Below are positions 37,616 through 64,000 of a stretch of 64,000 nt of DNA, piece by piece. Made by a program: the position numbers and the translations under genes. The DNA is taken from NCBI RefSeq assembly GCF_009914755.1, contig NC_060935.1, one strand, 5' to 3'. Below the pieces are notes generated by a model, which worked only from the letters and a program-made list of their open reading frames with translations, searched no databases and was not told the origin of the DNA. How positions within the stretch are numbered: the first letter of the stretch is position 1; every line of letters starts with the position of its first letter. Source of the DNA: the human T2T-CHM13v2.0 reference genome, Homo sapiens.

Positions 37616-37688
37616 AGGAGAGGTGGTGGTGAGAAAAGGCAGGAGAGGTGGTGGTGAGGAGAGGTGGTGGTGAGGAGAGGTGGTGGTG
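37616..37688 (+). repeat. 16-bp minisatellite AGGAGAGGTGGTGGTG x4
   Basis: Copies at 37616, 37641, 37657 and 37673. Confidence 0.9.
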
Positions 37689-38005
37689 AGAAGAGTTCGT
37701 GGTGACCAGCCTGTGGCACACTTTATATGGCCTTCCTGGAACCACAGTCTTATTCTCAGGTTCCAGATGAGGACACAGGCTCAGTCCCCATGGCTGTCAA
37801 GTGGCAGAGCCAGGATTTAACCCAGACCTCCTGGCTCCTAAGTCCATATGCGGTTGGTGGGAGTGTAAATGGATATAGTCCTTATAGGAAGCCAATTTGG
37901 CAAAATCTAACAAAATTAAATACATACCTTTTTGACCCTCAAATTCCACACTTAGGAATCTACCCAACATTTATACTGGAACATATTTTTTTTTTTTTTT
38001 TTTGA

Positions 38006-38167
<162 letters not shown>

Positions 38168-38974
38168 TAGAGACTGGGTTTCTCCATGTTGGTCAGGCTG
38201 GTCTCAAACTCCTGACCTCAAGTGATCTGCCCGCCTCGGCCTCCCAAAGTGCTGGGATTACAGGCATGAGCCACTGCGCCCGGCTGAACACATTTTTATG
38301 TAAACAAGCAGTGTGTACACTTAAGAGTCTTATGCACAGGATAATGTCTGGAAAAATGCTTACTGCATGTCCCCAGCTCCAGGAAAGAGGAGAGCTTGTG
38401 GGGCCCTTCCCCAAACAGGCTGTGTCCTGGTCCTCAGTGTGGCTGGCTGGAAGCCAGGGGGACTCAGCCTTTGACTAAGAATGCTCCATCCACCCCTGGG
38501 ACCGAGAAAATCTCCTTTCACACAATTCATTACTCCTTAGGGTGGAGGTTTAGGAAAGGGGAGAGGCATCCAGAATGCCCGCTTCCTGGAAGCCAGTGGT
38601 CACATCCGGCAAGGGGACTTCAGTGACCTTCCTCTCACCCCTCCAGCAGCAGAATCAGAGCTCCCTCCTCAGCTGCCTCTATGCTATCTGCCCCTCCCTT
38701 CTAGCACATGTCCCACAGTACTGTCCTCACGTATTTCTTTTTTTTCCCATGGGAAAAGCAAAGACCGTAACCTATTTACTGCCATCTCTAGTACCCAGGA
38801 TATTACACCTAGCACATGGGGGCTTCAGGGACTGTCTGTCTCATAGATGGATTAATTTACTTTCTCCTCTCTCTGTCTGTTAGCTGGTTTAAAGGAGGGC
38901 CCAGGAATGTTTTTATAAGAAGCATGGGCCTTTTGGAAAGGTCTGTTTACCCAAACCTTTCTATATTAAAACTT

Positions 38975-41028
38975 AGAAAACATAATTCCATTTTTTTTAT
39001 TATTCAACATTTTATACATAATAAATACAAACTTTTTACAGCCACTGTAAAGAAAGCACATCTGCACAGAGGCTCCCTCCGAGCCCTGACCTGTGCACTG
39101 TGGTGCTGGATTCCATATCCTGGATGGAGGGGTTATTTTTTAAAAAGGAGGCATGTTTTCACAACTTTGTTTTTTAAAATAAAATTAGCAGCTCTTCCAA
39201 AAAATATTTTAAAATACAACAAAAGATTTCAAATAACCCTTTGAGGTTGTGGAAAACCCAAATTCAAGGACAATTTGGCTAGCTAAAGACAGAATACAAG
39301 ACTGGGTGGCAAGAACTGCTCTATTTAATAAGCATTTGAAGATTTTTAATATGTTAGCAAACTTTAAAATCTTAAAAAAACCACCCTTTTAATTTCTTTT
39401 TTAAACTTAAGAATAAGTTTGATAAACACAAAAGACCTCAAATAGATCAACAGGTTAAGAAGTGTAAAAAACAACAACGAAAAAAAACCCCAAATCATGG
39501 AGAAGATTCATTAATGGGTATTGTCACTGAAGTGATCAAAGAACTAAAAATTTCTTCAGTTATCACCTTACTTTTGGTCAAAAATCCCATGGGGACATTT
39601 GGCGAGCATTTCAAGTTTTTTAAGATTCTTAGGAGGGATGGAGTTTTCAAAGCATAATACAACTTGTAGATTAAATTCTGCAAATTTGATTTCTTAACCA
39701 AGGAAAAAAAAAAAAAACAAACCACAACCGGCGAACATCCCTTAGTCCCTAGGTATTGTGCTCCCTACCTTCTACAGGAGCGGACAGCGGACAGTCAGCA
39801 CCTGACGTGGGGGCACCTGCTGCTGCAGGCTTGCTGGCCTGCAGAGAAGGCCACTCCTGGCTTTCCCTGTGACACACAGAAGACACTTGTCTTTTCCTGG
39901 TCAATCTGTACTTGTGCAGGGTGCGCAATCCTTCAGTCCTTTCTCATAGAAAGCTGGTTTCCTCCACGAGCCACCAGGTTCTTCCTTCCACGGAAATGTC
40001 AGGGTAGTGGGACCTGGAAGCTGCATTTTCCACCATAGCAGTTGGTCTGGACCAGCCACAGCCTGGCTGTCTGGGCCGGTCTGCTGGCTTGGGAATAAAA
40101 TAATGCCGGGGCGTCCCCAGTAGAGAAGCTCAACAATGCAGGTATGTGTCCTCAACTTATCTAGACATTTGGATTCTAAGGATACTGGTAAGAAGAGTAT
40201 ATGCTGTAAAAATTAAGATGAAAAATACCCAAATACAAAAGAACATTATATTGGCTAATTTCAGATCCGGAAGTTCCATTTCTGCTTTAGCCACAGCCTC
40301 CTTTCTATTAGTCTATGTGATGAACAAGATGTGGCTACTAGTTCAGCCCCTCCATATTAGCTCTGCTAATTCTAAATGAATGGCACAGATATTAATACGA
40401 AGGACACTGTTATTTTAAGTCTGTTAGTTGTGGAAGAGATGTGCGTTAATGCAATTGGTGCTAAATTCAGGGCAGTCCAATTTTTCCCAATAAGGTTTCA
40501 CTTTCTCAGTCTGGGGACTAACCTTGGGGAGGAGCCAGCCTCTCCTGAAATCCCTCCTTCTGTTTCCTTATGTAGCCAACATGATCTGATTAATTCTCAA
40601 TCAGATGAGCAAAAGCCACTTGAAGAAAGATGAGAATCTTTGCCACATCCTTGTGGTCACAGTAATATACTGTACGAGTGCACATGATCAGTAATTTAGG
40701 GACTGTGCCCTGGAATGAGGCCTGTTCTTGAGTCTCATATAAAAACAGACCACTGTTAGGCATGAGGGCTGCCCCCCTCTTTGCTCCTAGGGTCCGCTAG
40801 GATTTGTGCTATGGTAGGAGAAATGACATAGAAAATGACAACAAAAAAAAAAGGCACGAAATATTCAAAACGTGGGAGGAGTCTACCAGGCCACCCAGTC
40901 ACACATAATCCTCCTTGTTTTTTGCTCTGTTCAAGAGTCATCATCATGCAAAGGTGCCTAAAAAACAAGACTGGCCAAACTCCAAGCCTGGCCTTGATTG
41001 TAGCAGTAATGGATGGGCAAGCCCATCA
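38975..41028 (-). other. FCHSD2: FCHSD2 3'UTR (~2.05 kb, repeat-free, AU-rich distal part)
   Basis: Unique sequence between the stop codon and the minus-strand AATAAA; the 3' end is estimated from the poly(A) signal. Confidence 0.8.
38996..39001 (-). terminator. FCHSD2 poly(A) signal AATAAA
   Basis: tttatt on + strand at the boundary between the AU-rich UTR and GC-richer intergenic DNA; extra ATTAAA variants near 39324 and 39345. Confidence 0.75.
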
Positions 41029-52104
<11,076 letters not shown>

Positions 52105-53006
52105 CTAAGAAAAATTAGAAACCATTGGCTAGTTTCCTTACTTCAAGAAAATGGTTGAAAGCCGGAAAAACACTTAAAACCTGATTGTTTCAAAATGTTA
52201 ATTTGCCTTTTAACTCTGCATAGAAATGACTATCTTTCGCACTTACATTTTTCATGTTATGAAAGAATAGAGTTTTTTTTTTTTTTTTTTTTGAGATGGA
52301 ATTTTGCTCTTGTCACCCCGGCTGGACTGCAATGGCGTGATCTTGGCTCACTGCAACCTCGGCCTCCCAGGTTCAAGAATTCTCGTGCCTCAGTCTCCCG
52401 AATAGCTGGGATTACAGGCACCCACCACCACACCTGGCTAATTGTTTTGTATTTTTAGTAGAGATGGGGTTTCACCATGTTGGCCAGGCTGGTCTTGAAC
52501 TCCTGGCCTCAAGTGATCCACTCACTTCGGCTTCCCAAAGTGCTGGTATTACAGGTGTGAGCCACTGCACCAGGCCTAGGACAGAGATTTTTTTTTATTT
52601 TATTTCTGAGACGGAGTCTCGCTCTGTTGCCAGGCTTGAGTGTAGTGGCGTGATCTCGGCTCACTGCAAGCTCTGCCTCCTCAGCCTCCCGAGTAGCTGG
52701 GACTACAGGTGCCCACCACCACGCCCGGCTAATTTTTTGTATTTTTAGTAGAGATGGGGTTTCACTGTGTTAGCCACGATGGTCTCGATCTCCTGACCTT
52801 GTGATCCACCCACCTCAGCCTCCCAAAGTGCTGGGATTACAGGTGTGAGCCACCGTGCCTGGCCAGGACAGAGATTTTTTTTAAATCAAGAAGGAAGTTT
52901 CTGTCAAATATGTAAGAAATATTTATCAGTATCCTTTCACTTTTCACTGTTAAGTACTGACTGACAAGGGCCTCTAAATTTTAACTGATCCTGTTAGTGA
53001 ACATTA

Positions 53007-53279
<273 letters not shown>

Positions 53280-53339
53280 CTACAGCTGGGGCGACACAGC
53301 GTGACTCTGTCTCAAAAAAAAAAAAAAAAAAAAAAAAGG

Positions 53340-57810
<4,471 letters not shown>

Positions 57811-59608
57811 CAAACGTGAAAAGCACACTCTCTTCTGAAATGTAACACAAGGAGAATAATTTTTTAACCCAGTTTCAAGGTATATTACCCATCATAGCTA
57901 AAAGGCATTTATTAATTGAAATGGCATTGAGTGTAAAAAATGAGTTAGATCCACAGGCACTTACCTAGAGCACTGTCCGTGATATAGTGAATATAAATAA
58001 TATTTATATGAGCATACGTATCTGACAGGGGAAGGCAGAATGAGAAGAATAAAGACTGGAGAATAGAGGAAATGACTGACTTGCTTTTTATATACATCTA
58101 TACTCTTTGAACTATTAGAATATGCACGTTTTACTTTTTAAATTAAAAACCTAATAAAGAAGAGACAAACAGCCTCAAATATTTGTTTCTTGCCCGCTAC
58201 ACCCAAGCACTTATTTGGCTGCTTTTTCCCATATTCAAACATACAAAAGCACCAATGTTTACACATTTAAGGTTACAAAGAATGGACAGGCAGGATTGGC
58301 CTTCATAGGAGAGCCATTACATTAATTAATTAAAGTATCAAATATCTACTGTATGTAGAAAACTACGCTAGCCTCTTTGATGGATAGAAAACGAAGGACA
58401 CAGTGTCTCCTTCCAGTGGTTCACAATCTAGAGTGAAGGATACTAAAAGGAGAGGCCAAGTGCATGGCCCTGGGAATGCGGAAGAGGCCACTGGAGAGAA
58501 GTCAGGATATGATGAGTCCAAAAGTACAGGCTGCCTAGCTGTCAAGTTCTACTTTTTCATGAATTAAATGGCTTTCTCTTGAGTAATTATCACTGAAGTT
58601 TTAAAACTGACTCTCCTCTTAACCACTGTTTGCCTAATACAATTCTATAGCACTGTATACATGTATCAAAATGTCCTTCTGTATCCCATAAATATGTATA
58701 AATATTATGTGTCAAATAAAAATAAAAGGGAAAAGATTACACAGAATTGTGGAGAGTTCCAGAATAATAAATTATATATTTTTCCTGACATATTTATTGC
58801 CACCATTTCAAAGCTGCTGAAATATTCTCATTGATAACTTTACTGAAAATTCTCCACAGCTGAGTGAGGAAATCCTGTGCTATCTCTTACAAATTATTCA
58901 TCTATCATCAGTCAGTTCGGTGGCAAAACAGTCTCACATGATACTGAGTCTTTTGCCACTCACTAGTTAGGAGCATAATATTCAGAATCACAGACTTATG
59001 ATTCTATTGTTTTCCAACAGGGCATTGTGCCACATAAAAGAATCATGCTAGAAATTGCCATAAAATTAACTTGAAATGTATTATATATACTTAGAAGACA
59101 TTGCCTTCATATTCTAGGAAAGGTTACAGGCATTTAAAAAAACAGTGGGTATTACAAAAATCAAAACAAAACACAACACCCATACATTTATAAAAATGTG
59201 GGTAGAACAAGTTTCCAAAAATATACATGTACTGTGCTTTGACACTGGGAATCAATCCAAAACATTTTATCTTGGCAACCCGGTTGATACTAAACATTCC
59301 TTTTTTCCTCCTTTATTTGGAGTTGATTTTTGGATTCCCATGGAAGGCAGTAAGAAGGCTGCAGTGCCAGCAATAGGGGTCACTGTCATATGCTTCTGCA
59401 TTGTTCTAGCTGCTTTCCAAAGCATGTCATCTCAGAATAATTTCTTCCTTTTTCCTCTTCCACTCTCTTAACTGAACTGTTACACTGTTTTCTTGACCCA
59501 GCATTTCTAAAATCACATGCTTCCTCTGTCTCTTAAGGACTGCTCTCTCCTTTTCTTCTTGTCACTTGACAGAACTTCAATCAAAACTATTCTTTCTAGC
59601 CATACTAA

Positions 59609-59992
<384 letters not shown>

Positions 59993-60483
59993 TGATCTTT
60001 TTGAGTTGGTTTTGGGAGCCATCTTCTTGTACTCATTAAAAACACCTCTGAGGGGCTCAGCTTCATGGCACAATCATGAGGTAGAAAGCAGGGTCTTGGG
60101 GTCTGGCCAACTTGGGTTTGAATGTTGACTATGTCACTTACTTGTTGTGTGACCTTGGGCAAATTAACTCCTCAATTTCAATGACCTCGTCTCTCTAATG
60201 AAGACAGTTACTTCTTCACAGGGTTAGCATAAAGATTAAATGAAGTAAAATATTTAAAACCCCTAACACATGTTTGGTGCATAGGAGGTACTTAATAAAG
60301 CATTAGCTTTTGTTTTTACGAGGAAGGGAGAATCCAGATAAAGAATCTGGTAATACCTAATACAGAGGAAGACAGCTCCTCAATATTTACTAATAGAATC
60401 TCTCAACTCCACTGGACAGAGAAGTAATCACAGTGGACATCACTCCAAATACAACATGAGTAAGTTATCAAAGATGATGTTAA

Positions 60484-60987
60484 CCAAAGGAATATAAATC
60501 ATTCTATTATAAAGACACATGCACATGCATGTTCATTGCAGCACTATTCACAATAGCAAAGAAATGAAATAAACCTAAATGCCCATCAATGGTAGACTGG
60601 ATAAAGAAAATGTGGTACATATACACCATGGAATACTATGCAGCCATAAAGAAGAATGAGATCATGTCCTTTGGAGGGACATGGATAGAGCTGGAGGCCA
60701 TTATCCTTAGCAAACTAACACAGGAACAGAAGACCAAATACCGCAAATTCTCATTTGTAAGTGGAAGCTAAATGATTAGAACATGGACACATAGAGGGGA
60801 TCAACAGACACTGGGGCCTTTCGGAGGGTAGAGGGTGGAAGGAGGGAGAGGATCAGGAAAAATAACTAATGGGTATGAGGCTTAACACCTGGGTGATGAA
60901 ATAATCTGTACAACCCCCCCATGACACAAGTTTACCTATGTAACAAACCTGCAATTATATCCCTGAACTTAAAATAAAAGTTAAGAA
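60484..60987 (+). mobile_element. 5'-truncated L1PA-type 3' end with a target-site duplication
   Basis: L1 ORF2 tail (WIKKMWYIYTMEYYAAIKKNE) and 3'UTR; TSD aaagatgatgttaa (60470-60483) / aaagatgatgctaa (60988-61001). Confidence 0.88.
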
Positions 60988-61326
60988 AAAGATGATGCTA
61001 AAAATATCAGGAAAATGGATTTGTGCTTCCAGGCAAGATGGAGTATCAGGGATCAGATTTAACCTCCTGTCAGAAACAACTGAAAAACTGTTCAAAATAT
61101 ATGAAAGAACAGTTTTCAAGACACTGGGCATCACTCATGAAGGACAGTGATCCCTGGGGGATGGGAAACAAACAAACTCCTACAACATACTGTATGAAGA
61201 AAGTTTTTAGGTTATGACATAGGGAGAAGAAACCCAGGCACATGATGGTGACCTCCCTGAACAGAGGAGATGAAACTGGGAATTTAGTAAAGCCAAAGTG
61301 GAGAGAGCTCAGGATGCGGAGTATAG

Positions 61327-61864
61327 CAGTCTCCCCTTATGTGTGGTTTGGCTTTCCATGGTGCCAGTTACCCAGTCAACCATGATCTGAAAATATTAAG
61401 TGGAAAGTTCCAGAAATAAACAATTCATAAGTTTTAAATTGTGTGCCATTCTGAGTAGCCTGATGACATTTTAGTGTTTCAGTCTGTCTCCCCAGATGTG
61501 AATCACCCCTTTGTCGAGTATATGCAAGCTATGTAAGCTACTTGTCCATTAGTCATTTAGTGGCCATCTCGGTTATCCCAATTGACTGTCACCATATCAC
61601 GGTGCTTGTGTTCAAGTAGCCCTTATTTTACTTAATACTGGCCCCAAAGCACTAGAGTAGTGCTGCTGGCCTATTGTTATAGTATTCTATTTTATTACTA
61701 GTTAGTGTTGTTAATCTCTTACTGTGCCTCATATATAAATTAGCTTTATGATAGATATGTATGTATAGGGAAAAACACAGTATACATAAGGTTCGGTACT
61801 ATCTGTGACTTCAGGCATGCACTGGAGGTCTTGAAATATATCCCCCACAGATAAGGGGGGACTG
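61327..61864 (+). mobile_element. MER44 (Tigger7-derived) DNA transposon
   Basis: Terminal inverted repeats cagtctccccttat...ataaggggggactg; internal ggaaagttccagaaataaacaattcataagttttaaattg. Confidence 0.8.
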
Positions 61865-62122
61865 TAATGAAGAAGAGAGAGATGCGCAGAACTTAGGAAA
61901 TCTGCAGAGGGTCCTCCTCAAGACTTTGGCTGAGTATTGGTCAGTACATATATGTGAAGAAATTACCCAAAGCTAGGGCTAGAAGCACTAAAAAGGATTA
62001 GGAAAAATAATCCTCAGAACTCACACAGGTCTGAGAATAACTCCTGCTCCCTCCTAAAAGAGTAAAAACTTCATAAGGCACAGGGCACCCAGTAGAGTAT
62101 TAACATTAGTAAGGATACAGAA

Positions 62123-62440
62123 CAGCTGTCCCCAATCTTTTAGGCACCAGGAACCAGTTTCATGGAAGACAATTTTTCCATGGACTGGACCCTTGGGGTA
62201 CCATGAGGGAAGGTTTCAGGATGAAACTGTTCCATCTCAGATCATCAGGTATTAGATTCTCATAAGGAGGGTCCAACCTAGATCCCCTACATGTGAAGTT
62301 CACAATAGGGTTTATGCTTCTCTGAGAATCTAATGCTGCCTGCTGGTCTGACAGGACGCAGAGCTCAAGCAGTAATGCTCCCTCTCTGGCCACTCACCTC
62401 CTGCTGTGTGGCTCAGTTCCTAACAGGCCATGGACCGGCA
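62123..62440 (+). mobile_element. MER1B-like hAT element
   Basis: cagctgtccccaatcttttaggcaccagg...catggaagacaatttttcca...gttcctaacaggcca. Confidence 0.8.
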
Positions 62441-62459
62441 AAAGGTTCGTTCCAGTCTA

Positions 62460-63850
62460 GAAGACTAGAACAATACTATAACCAACCTGACTTAATTGAC
62501 ATTTATAGAACATAACCCCTAACAATAGCAAAATATACATTCTTTTTTTTAAGAACACATGTAACAGTTACCAAGATATACGTTTATACTGGGTTACAAA
62601 ACAAAGCTCAAAAAGTTTAAAAGGGTTCAAGTATGTTATTTGACTACAATGGAAATAAACTAGAAATAAAAAACAAAAAGCTATCTGGAAAAATCTCCAA
62701 ATATTTGGAAATTCAGTAACACACTTTTAATTACCCATCAGTCAAAAGAAGAAATTAAAACATAAATTAGAGGCCAGGTGCAGTGGCTCACTCCTATAAT
62801 CCTACCACTTTGGGAGGCTGAGGTGGGTGAATCGCTAGAGCTCAGGAGTTCTAGACCAGCGTGGGCAACATAGTGAGACCCCATCTCTACTAAATATACA
62901 AAATTTAGCTGGGCGTGGTGGTGCTGGGAGGCTGAGGCATAAGAATCACCTGGGAGGAGGAGGTTGCCGTCAGCTGAGATTGCATCACTGCACTCCAGCC
63001 TGAGTGACAGAGCAAGACTCTGTTTGAAAAAAAAAAAAATGTAAATTAGAAAATATTTTGAACTGGATAAAAATGATGACACAACATACCAGAATTTGTG
63101 CAATGGACCTAAAGCAATACTTACAGGGAAATGTTTAGCACTTAATGCCAATATTCAAAAAGAAGAAAACTCTCAAATCAATGACCTCAGTTTCTATCTT
63201 ACAAATTAGAAAGGAGAAAATTAAATCCAAATTGAACAGAAGAAAAGAAATAATAAAATCCTGAGTAGAAATCAAGAAAATAGAAAAGAGAAAAACGAGG
63301 GAAAAATCAATAAAATCAAAAGCTGATTCTTCATAGAGATCCATATAATTAATAAACCTCTAGCAGAATGATCAGAAGAGAGGAGACATGACCAATATCA
63401 GGAATGAGGTGATATCTCTACTAATTTTCCAGATAATCAAAGGATAAAGGAATATTATAAACAACTTTGTGCCAATAAATCTGACAACTTAGATGGAATG
63501 GACAAATTCCTTAAAAGAGACAACTTACCAAAGTTCACTCAGAAGAATAACCTTAATAACCCTGTATCTACTAAAGAAATGGAGTCTATTATTTAAAAAC
63601 TTCCAAAAAAAAAAAAACTCCAGGACCAGATAACAGCCCTGGTAAATTCCACTAAACATTTCAGGAAGACGAAATTCCATACAATTCTACACAAGGCTTC
63701 CAGAAACTTGAAGAGGAGAGGATACTTTTCAAATCATTTGGAGACAAGCATTGTAACAAAACCAGACAAGAATACTACAAGGAAATGAATGGAGATGGAA
63801 GCATGCTTATCAGAGTCCTAGCAAACCAGTTCCAATCAATATATAGAAAC
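62460..63850 (+). mobile_element. Old L1M ORF2 (endonuclease-side) remnant with an Alu at ~62772-63040
   Basis: gacatttatagaaca, ctcaaatcaatgacctcag, gatggaatggacaaattcctt, ccaggaccagat; many stop codons. Confidence 0.8.
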
Positions 63851-63854
63851 GATA

Positions 63855-64000
63855 GGCCGGGCGCGCTGGCTCATGCCTGTAATCCCAGCACTCTGGGAGG
63901 CTGAGGCGGGTGGAGCAACTGAGGTCGGGAGTTCAAGACCAACCTGACCGACATAGAGAAACCCTATCTCTACTAAAAAAATATAAAATTAGCCAGGCAT
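63855..64000 (+). mobile_element. Alu cut by the window end
   Basis: ggccgggcgcgctggctcatgcctgtaatcccagc. Confidence 0.9.

Noticed and set aside
37616-37688. Direct repeats considered as a CRISPR-like array
   Set aside because: No unique spacers or cas genes, and the context is eukaryotic; this is a simple minisatellite.

Overview
This is primate (human-like) genomic DNA, recognised as the chr11q13.4 ATG16L2/FCHSD2 locus. Bases 1-15,000 are an extremely Alu-dense intergenic block (about 27 Alus) nested in older LTR, L1, L2 and Tigger elements. A CpG-island promoter at ~16.2-17.3 kb drives ATG16L2 on the + strand. All 18 coding exons were reconstructed with GT-AG boundaries (16674-31618, 1860 nt = 619 aa + stop). 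After a ~7 kb gap, FCHSD2 converges on the - strand: a ~2 kb 3'UTR, the last seven coding exons (two SH3 domains, Pro-rich tail, C-terminal ITLV), then a repeat-filled intron running off the window end. There are no rRNA, tRNA or CRISPR features, and most ORFs in the supplied track are Alu/L1 or GC-rich artefacts. I found no clearly new self-contained system. The best leads are in RNA architecture: (i) a 426-codon strong-Kozak ORF in the intragenic CpG island that reads through introns 4-5 and joins the ATG16L2 frame at exon 6; (ii) no canonical poly(A) signal for ATG16L2, plus a + strand acceptor at a palindromic FCHSD2 splice site, which together could make an antisense terminal exon over the FCHSD2 SH3 exons; (iii) a well-formed candidate poison exon in ATG16L2 intron 7; (iv) a ~230 bp local duplication in an FCHSD2 intron. 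Repeat subfamily names are recognised from memory and their boundaries are approximate.
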